From Raillietiella orientalis (taxonomy: Eukaryota): a stretch of DNA of 64,000 bases. Of this stretch, positions 52,675-64,000 are shown one piece after another; the first letter of the stretch is position 1, and every line of letters begins with the position of its first letter. The notes beneath the pieces are model-generated. The model was not told the DNA's origin. It made no database searches and was given only the letters and a program-made list of their open reading frames with translations. The position numbers were made by a program, and so were the translations under genes. The stretch is taken from assembly GCA_036172245.1 (NCBI GenBank), contig JAYWIR010000002.1:868001-932000 (forward strand). Reading direction: 5' to 3'.

Positions 52675-55272
52675 TCACGTGTCTTCGTGTTTGGACCTGG
52701 AGAAGTTGTGGGCGTCCTCCTGGGACGGCTCACTGGGAGACTTGCTCGCGAAGTGGTTGAACGTGATCGTCTGCACCTCCTTCCTGGTGTAGCGCTCCGT
52801 CTGCAGCACGCAGACTCCGTTGATGATGACGTCCTCGTCGCGCTGCCACTCTGGGTTCACCCACTGCGGGGCGGCGGCCTTCCTGCGGGAGCTGCGCCTG
52901 GAGGACATGGTGGGCTTGCTGCTGCTGCTGCACTCCGCATCGCTGTCGGGAGAAGGGTCGGAATCGTGAGCTGACGTGGCCTTGGGACTGGTCGCACTGG
53001 ATCTGTCAGAGTCGACGTCGCGCCCTAAGCTCAGGTCGAGCCCCACACACGAGGTGTCGTCGGTTTCCAAATGGTCTGCGGGCGCCATGCTGCCCCCACC
53101 ATCGAAGCTGAAGTCCACCGAGTGATGAGACGTCAGCTTCATGCGACGCAGTTCTTCGAGGCGCTCGTTGAGGAGGGCGCGGAACTGGTTCGCATCGAAC
53201 GCCTGCCCTTCCCGAGACACTCCGGAAAAGACGTCGTGGGGAGAGTCCCTGCCAGAATGCTGCTTCAGTCTCATCCTGTGGTTGTGGAACCAGTTGGTTA
53301 TGGTTCTTGCATTCAAGGAAAGTTCCTCTGCCAACAGTTCCACCGTCGACAAACTGGGGTACGAATCGAGCATGAAGGCCAGCCGCAGCGCCTCCTTCTG
53401 CTCTTCAGAGAAAAGCACGCGCTGTTTCTTGCCGTTGCCCCCGGGACTGCAGACATCCCCGCTTTCGCTGCTGTTGTCGTTGTTTTCCGCCTGGCTTCTT
53501 CTTCGTTTGCTCGCTTCCCTTCTTTCGTTCTTCATCTGTTGCAGACGACTGAGACTAAGGGGATCGTGCAGCCACAGCTGCATCCGGATGAATGGTTCCC
53601 TTCCTTTTATACTCAGCATGTGCCACGGTTTGGGTTTCGACAGGAGTTCGCTAACGGAACCTTGAGACAAGCCCAAAACTGCCTCTCCGAAGAGCTGCAA
53701 TCAACGATGGGCTTAAAAATAAGGGGGGGCAGAGAGGGCACGACTCACCTTTTGACCGATATTATTAGCCAAGAGGGTTTCCTTTATTCTAGTAGTGATA
53801 AGCTGAGTGTCCAGATCTTGTGTCAAAGCGGCCATTTCATAGACGCTTGACTGCGTGATTCCTCTGGGTGCAAAGTTTTTACGAAATGCTTCTTGCGTGT
53901 ACAGACCACGGTCCTGAGAATGCTGGCTGTAGTTCAACACATTTACAAAGGCACCTTCGATAGAACGTCCCGAAACTCCTCCCGTTGTCTCCGTGGATTT
54001 CGATATGGATATCTTGGATGCTGCGTATGGTTTGCAAAAGGAGAGTCAGAGGGAAAACGAAAGGTGCTTACCACCGCCATATCCGTTTCCCGTCCTCATG
54101 AGCTTCTCCGGAGCGATTTTGTACTGGCTGGCAACCAGCTTGTGCACGGCATTGTCGTCTTCCAAGAACATCTTCATCCGTATGAATGGCTCGCGCCCTT
54201 TCTGGGTGAGCATGTGCCAGGGTTTCGGTCGCGCCAAGAGATCGGACACACTTCCTTGGGAAAGGCCCAGGACAGATTCCCCGAACAAACGCTGGCTGAT
54301 GGAGTACTGGCTCAGTTCTTCTTTGACCTAAGACGGGTCCATCAAAGTCACCATTTCCCAAGTTCGAGCCGGGGGCGGCACCCACCTTTCTCACAATCTC
54401 CTCCGTGTTCAGGTTTTGGTACTGGTCGAACTGGTTTTGTGTGATCGGTGGCAGCACGGTGCGGATGGATCTTTGATTCGTGGGCGTCACTGGGGAAATG
54501 TTGGGTTGTGAGATCAAGGAGTTGGTGATGGATTGCATCCTCTGAAGCGGGTTCCCATGACTATCATCGGTGTTCGAAAGAGAGTTGAAGAGAGTGGAAG
54601 ACGATGCGCACGACATGTTCTGCGAACTTTCTGACTTCGGACGAACAAGTGTGAAAGCACTTCCTGTGTGGTGCAGTGCTTCGCTATCTTCAGAGCATTC
54701 GTTAGAAACGGAGTCTTGTTTCTTTGGTATGGAGAGATCCTGAACTCCATTGATGACCTGCATCTGTCCAGAAGACATCTTAGAAAACTGTTGCTGATAA
54801 AAGCTCAAGGCAACTTGCAAATCTTCGGGAGACCGATTGGGAAGAGTCGTCCCTAGAAAGGGAAATATTAGGCTGAAAAAGAGGATAAAGATACTGTTTT
54901 TCATTAATTATGAAATTACCTAGGCCAAGTTGGTGAACTAACGTGGTTATGGACATCTTCTGGAGTTTTCCCTAAGAGTTTGGAAAGCTGTTCTTGGTAA
55001 ATCATCAACAGATGATCTCTGCTTATTTCTTCGCTATCGGACCTTCGATTTTTCCGGTAGGGATTTCCGCGAGCAGCCAACGGAGACTGGCAGAACGGTA
55101 GATCAGACCCCCTGCCTTCCGGCTACTTGTGCGATGGCTACCTGAGATCTGGGTGTCGCATTTTCGTTCCCACTTTCTGCGTTCGTCTTTAGGGAATGAT
55201 ACACGTCGTTCAGAACAAATGACGACACTCTTTCCTCGGCATCCTCAGCTTTGAACGGAGAGGCATCTAGTG
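52675..55272 (-). CDS. cut: Homeobox protein cut / CUX-like, 5'-partial (~776 aa in window); exons 55272-55142, 55086-54920, 54872-54386, 54327-54072, 54020-53749, 53694-52675
   Basis: Five GT-AG introns (55, 47, 58, 51, 54 nt) join in frame. Two CUT repeats ([92 protein letters not shown]), a cut-class homeodomain ([19 protein letters not shown]...[15 protein letters not shown]) and C-terminal motifs [14 protein letters not shown] and IINGVCV. The two most 5' exons are less certain than the domain-bearing ones. Confidence 0.95.
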
Positions 55273-55918
55273 CTGGATTAGACGCAGAGAATCAAAGGTC
55301 AAACAAACACATTAGGAACGTCACACAAAAACATCATCTCGATAAGAAGATTGCTCGGGCTCCTAAGAGGTATGGCGTCAGACGCCAACTGAGAACACGA
55401 AAAAAGAAGTGGCAGAAGGAAAGCGCATCTGAGCCTCGGAGATTCACACAGATGTCGAAGCTGCTTCTATCGTTTCTGAGAACGTGGAAGGAGAGTCATT
55501 CGCTGACGTAAGGAAGGAATGAGGTAATCGCAGGCTGCTGAATGACGTTATACGATTTTTTTGTTTTTTGTTTTTTTTTTTGCTTTTCGGGTGGGCAGAG
55601 CACCCTTGTGGCATGGTACTGCGCTCCTCCTTATGAGATGAACTTTCTCGCCTGCTGATCGATTCCGGCAAGCAGCAGCAGCGAAGCTGAGATGGAGCGC
55701 AGGCACTTCTCTCTCTATATCTTTTCAAAAACGCCGCACCGGCGATCGTCCACCGAGCTTAAGGATGCAGGATTCTGCAACGTTCTACTCGCCTGCTTGC
55801 TCTCTCGCGGTGCGGGACACCGATGGAGTGCACGACCCTGAAAGGCGAACGGGTGGGATCTCATGCACGCCCTCACGTCGGTGAACAGAACAGGGTTCCC
55901 TGGAAACCGCCATGCCGG

Positions 55919-55927
55919 AAAAAAAAA

Positions 55928-55959
<32 letters not shown>

Positions 55960-55966
55960 AAAAAAA
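55919..55966. repeat. (AAAG)n microsatellite with A tracts
   Basis: Direct read. Confidence 0.95.
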
Positions 55967-57042
55967 CGCCGCAGATACGAGCTGCGTGCTGGAGGAGGAA
56001 GGGGGGGGGGGTGCCGACTTGGCCGCATTCAGAGAACTGAAGGGACGCTTGCAATCTAAATAATGAGGTTTCCATCAGTAGAAAGATTTGCAACAACTCG
56101 CGGAGCAGCGTAGTTTGTTCTGACGCGCAGGAGTGCTGTTTGCTTTGGCAGGATCGGTGCGGTTTCCGCAAAGCCGGAAGAGGAGAAGTCCAGAATTTGC
56201 AATGCAAAACGACGAACCTCCGATGAAACCCCGCGCATTTTTCAAGCGTTTCGGAAGCTGCAGGTTCAGTGAGGTTCGATTAATCTCCCGATAAAACTGT
56301 TTGGGATGGAAGAGGCGAAATTAATGAAGACGACAGCTCTCCGATGTCCCTCAATTTCAGGGAAAGATTCCAGAGGGGGAAACTTTCGAATGCATTCCCG
56401 GGTCCAGGAAGAGAAAAAATCCATTTCTTCCGGGAAAGAGTCGTGCGTATAATAAAGTCTTTCTATTAGCTGATGTAACTAACAGCCACAACGATGTCAC
56501 GTGCGTAAACAAGCAGGAGCTGTTCCTCCGGACGAGATTAGGGGCGTGCACCGGACTCCCCTGAGATGCTGCAAAAAAACACCGCACCACCGCTCACTCT
56601 CAAGAGGAGAGAGAGAGAGAAAAAAAAAAACATCCAGAAGAAAGGGACCCGAGCATCATGAATAAAGTCTCAGAGAATCTACGGGTTGTGCAGGGAGGGA
56701 GATGCTCCAGCAGATTGCTTGCTTGTCTGAAGTGCAAGAATGAGTGGAGTTTAGTCGCCGTCATCGCGCGAGATTTAATTAATCTGGCCATCAGGTGATT
56801 AACGGCAGATTAACCGAAGGAACGTGAACGACCGCCACCACTCCTGCTAGCGCTACCGTTTACGGGGCTGCTGCTCTGAATCTAGGTTGCCACGGGGAAC
56901 GCCTTTTCGGCAGATCACTCGATGCTTGGGAAGAAGAGATGCACAAATCTTCGACGCGGGTGTCGGCGAGGGCGCGCGCACGTGACCAATTCCTGAGGAG
57001 GCGTGGTTCAGTATCGGGGGGAAATCGCTGCGCTGCGCTGAA

Positions 57043-57070
57043 GTTTTCAGGGTTTTCAGGGGTTTTCAGG
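57043..57070. repeat. GTTTTCAGG(G) x3 tandem repeat
   Basis: Direct read. Confidence 0.85.
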
Positions 57071-57189
57071 AATGACGCAACTTGTGCCGCCCCATCCCCC
57101 CCCCCCCCGGTTTTCTGCTTGAACTCAGCTTTCCTCCGATTCCAACTTCTTCATCATCATCATCTGCCGCTATCGCATGCTACTCGCGA

Positions 57190-58780
57190 ACCCTGAACGC
57201 CACTACCTCCAGTCCCAGGACAAGACAGCTTGTCCTGGGATGCCCCCTGTCCTCCTGCAAGAAGCTGTACTCGCAGTGTGTCCGCAGGGCCAAAACGCTC
57301 TGAGGTCTTCAGGAGCATCAGCGAACGCCACCGCCTGCATCTTCGTCCGTGACCTCGGGCTCGGGCACCGCATCGGAGGGTATCGGGGTAGTGGGAAGCT
57401 GCGACTGCTTCAGTGAGGCCAACCTTCCGAATGAGAGGAAGAGAAGGCTGCCGTTTCCGGCGGCTGCTTCACAGGCGCTTCCATTACGATGGCGGCAGCT
57501 TCCGCCCACTAACCTGCCTGGTTGGCGTGCGAATCGCAACGTTGCAGATAAGAGCAAACGTCCAGCGGAGGCTACGCGCTTGCATCCCTAGCAACAGTTC
57601 GTTTATCGTGCATCCACGTGCAAAAAAAAGGAAAAAAAAGAAAAGAAAGAAAGGAAGAAAAACTTGCTCACACTCAAGGAAGAAGCCGATGCCTATGTGA
57701 ATAAATCACAGCTTCGGATGGCCTAGCATCTGAGCATCCGACGTGGAAGCAGACGATTTCAAAGATGCTTTTCAAAATCAAATGACGAATTACGAAGGAT
57801 GGAGACGGAAGAAAAGGAAGAAGAAGAAAAGCCGAATTGGTCCGCCCTGCCGCCTGCTCAAAAAAAAAGAAAAAAGAATGGAGAGCTGCGACGCTCTTTG
57901 CGAGGCTAGGAGCCTAGGAACCAGGAGTGCTGCGAATTAGGCTAGAACACCAATGCCCCAACCGGTCTGGATCAGTGCTTCCTTCCCGACCACCCTCCAG
58001 CGTTTAAAATCCATGCTCCAAGGAACTGCTTGCTCACACGCAAACCAAGAAGCGACTGCCCCTGCAAAGGGTCCGCAGCTGGCCCGTGGCTCGCAAAGGA
58101 TCTCCGAGTGTCCAAAGGAGAGGTCGGCACTTGGAGTTCCCGAGCGCTCCCTCGTGCAAGCACCAACCAGATCCGACCGCTTAACTTCGCCAATAGGAGG
58201 AGAGGCGGCTGCTGAAGAGAAGAGAATGAAGAAAAAAGCGAAGAATAGGAAGAGGAGGGGAATCAGACGATGACTTGAGAGCGATTCCGGATGAGACGGG
58301 CAAGTCAGATTCCACGATTCCTCCGTAACTAGTAATGCGGGAGGGACCGGAAGAGAAAAGCCATCGGTTTCATAGCAGCAGCGAGATCTTTTCTCCTGAG
58401 AACAAGCGCCCTTTTTCCAGGAAGAGAACCCTCGTACTCCCTCCCTCCGCCCCAAAGGAGTCCCTGAAAATCACAGACCTCGATGCCGTTTTGAAAGATG
58501 CGAGCCTGCAAAGGGGATACCGTCGAAAAGGAGTCCTGCCCTTCTTGTCTCTCGGTCACCCCCTTGACCGAATTCTCGGGTTCAGCGGTGCTCCCGTATG
58601 GAGCGCCTCGGTTCACCTCTGGAGGACCCGCATTGGGCGAGACGGAAGCGGTGCAGAACAGGAAAAGGGGTCTACGAGGGTCCGAAAGGAAGGTCCGGTT
58701 GCGAAGGTGCCCTTCCTCCTGAGTACCCGCTCTACAGGAAGTGAGAGTGCCAACCAACCAACAATCCACGAGCGGTCCTC
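57190..58780 (+). mobile_element. Degenerate L1/Tx1-type RT and C-terminal fragment upstream of the cut exons (presumed intron, antisense to cut)
   Basis: RQ[LVL]GCPLS (~RQGCPLSP), FVRDL (~FADD), FSEANLPNERK (~FxxASGxxxNxxK); further on EEKSHRFHSS (~ETxxHxFxxC) and HLWRTR (~IWxxR). Confidence 0.5.
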
Positions 58781-61199
58781 TTGAGGAGAACAAAGAGGAT
58801 TGCTGCTCATCCCGAATTAGGACGGAAGGGTGGCATGGCTGTGGGTTGGCGGTTCTTCACGCGGGAGCGGAAACCAGGTGCTCCAAGATCTCCGCGGTCT
58901 TATGGAGCACAGAGCATCTGCAGCCAGTCCCTCGCGTCAGCTCGCGAGACTGGAGCCTCATCGGAGAGAAAAATCTCCGGACGGATGATTGAAAGGTGCC
59001 ATCCGCCCAACGCATTCGATGCTGTGCCACCCCTCCTTCAAAATCCGTGCGCTGGGGCCTCCCGGAAGGCAGGGCTGCTCCCCGTTCACCCGGCAACAAA
59101 TGCGACCGGTGCGACCTCGGAAGCGATAAGGGGGAAAAAGGAGGGAAAAGGCGGAAAAAAAAAAAAAAAAAAAAGTACGAAGAAACGGGAACCGGGTACG
59201 GCTCCACCCATGCTCTTCCGATTTTTTTTTTTTGCTCTCGCGAACGCTCAGCACCCTGTTTTGCATCCCCCCCCCGCTCCCCCCTTCCTCTCGAGATGAT
59301 TTCGTGCTCAGAATCCAATTCCCAGGCATTCGGCGGTGCGAGCTCTCTTGCGCCGGTGACGGGAATCATCTCAGGTGATGAGAGAAATTTCGAGTGCCGC
59401 CGAACGCAGGGGTCTAACACGTTCGCGGGGAAGATGAGGAGGTTCTCGTTTTCGGAGACGCGAAACGCAGGCATCCTCCTCCGCTGAGACGGATCGTTCG
59501 AGGATCGGCGGCGATGACGCGGAATCGAGGCGGCGCGGGGCGTGTTTGCAGCGAAAGGGACGTTCCCGAGTCTTCTGTATCCCGTGGAATGAGGAAGATG
59601 GGGAAAAGCATCGGGGAGGATGAAGCGGGAAGGGGGAAGGAAGTGGAGGAGGAGGGACACTTGCACTCACTTCCACGAGCGGATCAGACCGCAGGCAGCG
59701 AGTGACTCGACAGGACGCAACGCCGCAGGGAGCTCCAGTCCATACGGTCTGGAAGGAACAAACAGACGGAAGCGAAGCATCGCAAAGAGTCACCGACGGA
59801 CCCCGCCCACGCACCCGGGAATCCACCACCACCATGGAAGCAAAGCACCCGTCTTTCAACGAACGTGGCAGGACCGAGCGTCCTGCCACGCTGCTTTCGC
59901 ACGTTTCTTCTTGGCAATAAACGCCCCGGCGCACCCCGGGTGGAAAGGCGCACTCCCCAGCCTCTCCGTTTCGTGTCGCGGCCCTAAAGATGGAACGTGG
60001 GCAGGAGAACCAGCGCCCTACGGACCTCGTAATGGGGAGCCTGATGCGCGGCAAACGACTGCGAAGAATGTCGAAAGGGCCCTTCGTGTCGGTATGATTC
60101 CGCCACCAAGAGCACCCACAATCCATCATTCGTTCGCAAGCCTCGGTGGAGTGGTCGCCCTTCCTTGAGAAAGAAATGCGGTAGCTCCATCCGTGTACGA
60201 AACACGCGGATCAAGTCGTGCCGGGAAAGCTCCCCGCGTCGCTCCTGGGAACCAACACTCAGGAGAGAAAATTCCCCATCCCTCGAAAGCCCTTACTGGC
60301 GGTCACGAATCCACCGTTCCGTCCGGAAGTGACTCGGAGTTCAATGCGTCTGCGGTGCATCGTGCACGGAGCCCGAAGCTGCCGTGCGCACTCTGAGCAT
60401 CCGGGAGAGATGATGACGATGCACTCTAGTTTCGCTGTGTTTCGTACCACTCTTCCTAGAAGAGGCACCCGGATCACTCATCGCTGCATCACTGGCAGGG
60501 CCCAAATCGATTTTTCAGGCATAAAACGCTGCCCTATTAAGAGACCTATTCCTTTTACGTTTCGACGAAAGTCCGCTAATGGTTTTCGCGTCCAAGGAGC
60601 GGGAGTGCGCGAGCGCTTATTTTGGGAACGCCCACTTTTGTGCATTCTTTCCGAAGAGAGATGTGCGGTGGGCACGTGAAGACTTTGGGAGGCGTTCGGG
60701 TGTAGAGGATTCCCTTTCTTTGTCTTCTGTGCGTGGTGGGCGAAACGTGGAGCGTCTCCACCACACGCGGCACTCGCTTGCGATCCCAGAAGTGGAGAGA
60801 AACTCGTTCGCCGCGCGTTCCGCGTGGACGAATCCGCAGCTCCCAGTTCACAAAGAGCGATCCTCCCCGAACATCCCCAGCCAAAACGTCTGCTTTTGCT
60901 CACTGGAGGAGAATTTTCCTGTTGGGCTTGCTCTCAGCTATCTCGAATCATCTTTATGCAGAGGGGGCAGACTGGATCGACTAATTGGGAAAGCACCCGC
61001 TGACATTCCTCGAAATTTAGGAGCCAAAAGATGTAATACAGAAGGAACTTCATTTCTGGGAGGAAAGGCTCAAGTGACGTCACCGCGAAAATAATGATTT
61101 TGGGAAAAATATTCTGCACGAAATGCAGAAGCGTGGCACAATTCTCAGCGGACCGAACGGGAAGTCGAAGCCGCCTGACAGCTATCGGCCAAAGATATC

Positions 61200-61625
61200 A
61201 AAGAGTTCTTCTTCATAAGGTGATTAATTTCGAAGAGTCCCCTCTGTTGCTTAAGGTTATCTTCCTTTCTGCTTGCTTGATTCCTTCAGAGCTCTCTGCT
61301 CCCAGTTAAGCTTCTGCATTTTATGCTTTGAATGCGTACCCAAGGCTGCAAAGCCTGGGGAGGAAAGTAAATCTGCTTCATGAGTTTGTCAACTATCACT
61401 TTACTTGCAAAGAGGATGAGAGGAAGGCGGAGTGGGGACAGCGTAGAGCAGGTCTGCGGGTGCTGGATGTCTCATCGACACCCCGTACTTCAGAGTGGGT
61501 CACTGAGACCTTGGCGAAATTCTTGCTCCGAATCATTCTTCAGTGGCAGCTGGCTTTCGTTTCGAGGTGTCCTGGTTGGTCAGTGCTCACGAGCGGTTCG
61601 CAATCGAAAACTTTCGTCTAAGGCG
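61200..61625 (+). mobile_element. Possible L1-type ORF2 post-RT fragment
   Basis: RRAGLRVLDV...LAKFLLR resembles GGLGxxD...ALxxKxxxR. Confidence 0.25.
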
Positions 61626-61989
61626 TGAAGCACGGAAGGACTCGGTCCTGATGAACGCTCGCGATGACTCCAGGGGCTGTTTCCTTCTTTGAGAACGAGG
61701 ACATTTAAACCACGATTCTATGCTGGTTTGAGGAATGTCTCGTTCCTCTCCAATAACTTTCGTTGCATCTCCCTGAGGGGTTCTCCCTGCGAACTTTTGT
61801 TATGGACGCGTAGTCCAGGGAGGCAAATCTTCGCTTTCAGCTGTGTCTAGCACATTCTGTGTGGAACCAAACGTAAAAAAGCAATTTTTCCAGGGTTCCT
61901 ATTAATTTTTCCAATTCTTTATGTGGGCCTACTAATGGAACATGATGGCGTTTCCTCTTACGGAGATTAAATGCAGATTTTCTTCCTCA

Positions 61990-62650
61990 AATGAACAATT
62001 TAGGCAGCATTCGCAGCATCTCCTGCGCCTCTCTCATGATTAGGAATGGTTGAATACTTCGACAGTAGGTTCGCTTCTGGAAATGGATCCCAAAACGACT
62101 GAAGGATGCCACTGTTGGATATGCTCTATGGTTTCCCGATAGCTCGATTCCCGAACCTACAAAGATTTCCTCCATTTTATGATTTCCCGAGTTTTCAAAC
62201 TGTTTGTTCATCTTTGGCTGACAGCTTCTTCTTTGAGCAACAAGAGCGGAGGCTACTGCTTTCATCACTCAACTGATAACTTCATTAAATGCTTTTTTTA
62301 TAAGATCAAAATAGAAATGAAAGTCTATCAAGCCCTTTCAGCTTCCGCTTAGAATATTAACCCATTCTATTCTTCTGAAGGATCAGTCTTCATGGAGATA
62401 GTTCCACCTCCCTCTCCACTGATAAGTTTTTCTCCAAACCGCAAAATTTTTACAAGATGAAACATTTCATTAGGGGGAGGGAGGACACCATCTGACCTCA
62501 CACGCACAGCTTTTCTGCAACTGAGAGCAACCATGCCCTGCAATTGACGTGTTTGGGGTTTTTTGTTTTGGAGCTGCTCACAGTTTTTTGTTGTGGAAAA
62601 TCCGGCCACGTGAAGCTCTTCGGGAGCATGGTGGATCCAATTAAAGGTCA
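61990..62650 (-). mobile_element. Possible Ty3/gypsy integrase remnant
   Basis: KNCEQLQNKKP (~KxCxxCQxxKP), VLPPPNEMFHLV (~PLPxPxxPFxxV), NKQFEN...EEIFVGSGIE...AYP (~NGxQFxS..EF..GI..YHP). Confidence 0.35.
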
Positions 62651-64000
62651 CAAGGTGCTTGAGATGCGCTCAAGAATCTCAGGAGTACTACACTCGAGCC
62701 GAAACTTGGATCCTGAAGATCAGCTTTTCTGAATTTCTTATTAGAGTTCACATTCAGATGAAGAGCGATCTGATCTAGAAGCTGGTTAAATTTCAACAAG
62801 CTTCTTTTCAAGCAACCATTCTTCGGAGTTCTTGAACGAAGAAATGCATGGAAAATGCAAAAAAAAAGAAAAAAGAAAAGAAGAAAAACTCTGTATCGGT
62901 GTCCTGCAGGCACCATTAAACTCTTTGGTGATTCAAACTACGGTTGACGTTTCCACCTCATGAATATCATGTGACATTGGAGTGAAACGTGGTTTGGCTG
63001 CGAGATTTCTGGAGATTTATCAAATGAGCTGTTGACCTGAAGAAGAACTGCCTCCTTGATCCATACGTCTCTGCGCCACCGTCTCCACATTGTCACGCAT
63101 GGGTCCTGTGATTCGCTCCATCGGGGCTTTTGGAATTCCTTGATCACATGGGATTTATTAGTTGATCTGTCTTGAACAGTCAGAACAGCAAAGATCTGTC
63201 AGAACAAAGATCATCTTTTGCGTCTCGTACTCGTCAGATGATCTGCTTCCATGGGAAGCAAGACGTCCAAATGGTTAACCCTTTGGAGATGCCATCTGGA
63301 AATTCTCGATTTCTCAGGCGAGAGCGACCGTTTGCTTTCAACATCTCCGATTTTTATCTGATATCTTCATTTGCTTCAAACAGTGACAAATTTCAGTTGC
63401 ATCGCACCGGTCCATTGCCTCCAAGGATTTCACCGTTGACTCAGAATCATAACGAACTGGAATGCCATGGCACGAACCTTGGGAAACGGCGTCAAACAAC
63501 CTTTAGGACGTTGAGAAAAGCAGGAATGAAAAATTCCCCTTTCAAAGAAAGAAGGCAGGATTCAAGATGAGCGTCGAACTCGGAAAGGGAGGAGTCCCCG
63601 ACGAGAGAGGTGAGTGTTCACCGATTTCGTTAGGGTTCGGTGACGCGGTGAATTCACTCTGCCTGTGGACCCGAAAAAGAAAGGAATGCAACTGAGCCGA
63701 GAACTCTTCCTGGTTCAAATATTCTCACTTGCCCCAGACAAATCCTTCGAAATTTGCTGGGTGCAACCGGGAAACCAGCAGCATGGCACCTGAAGTACCA
63801 AGACAGCTCGCGACAAGGCGTTTTCTGGATGTGTCTCAAGAAACGCCAAAAGAAGCATTATGGAACGGATTGGTCATGGATTAACGGATGCTTCTGGCAG
63901 ATGCTGGGTGTCGTGATAATGTATTTCAGCTGCGGTTGATGGAACAGGAAACTTCAGTGCGAAGATTCGGCGGTGCTTGAGCGGTTCGCGCTGCCGTGTC

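Noticed and set aside
53071..54444. Long + strand ORFs (259, 174, 183 aa)
   Set aside because: Antisense shadows of GC-rich cut exons
58781..61094. Many overlapping 140-270 aa ORFs
   Set aside because: GC-rich DNA with few stops; frames run through homopolymers; no recognisable domain (59371-60129 has at most a faint endonuclease-like QEET)
1..64000. CRISPR array, operon, rRNA, or bacterial/viral insert
   Set aside because: No regularly spaced repeats, no long intronless gene clusters and no rRNA signature seen

Overview
Eukaryotic (animal, most likely arthropod) genomic DNA; nothing prokaryotic. Two host genes can be reconstructed exon by exon, both on the minus strand. One is a complete 4-coding-exon 60S ribosomal protein L6 gene (19783-20691, 260 aa, introns of only 41-43 nt). 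The other is the 3' part of a cut/CUX homeobox gene (six exons, 52675-55272, two CUT repeats plus homeodomain, introns 47-58 nt; its 5' part is not visible here). Most remaining sequence appears to be old, frameshifted transposable elements recognisable only by degenerate motif order: several L1/Tx1-type LINEs, Ty1/copia- and Ty3/gypsy-like pieces, a pogo-like transposase, a CR1/L2-like 3' end and tRNA-derived SINE-like heads, plus microsatellites. Nearly all other ORFs in the track are spurious or TE debris. I found no convincing new multi-gene system. The most interesting observations are the very short introns, the possibly divergent RPL6, a compositional domain contrast, an orphan exon-like segment at ~24.3-24.6 kb and a template-switch footprint inside an RT motif. 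TE calls were made by eye and their boundaries are approximate.
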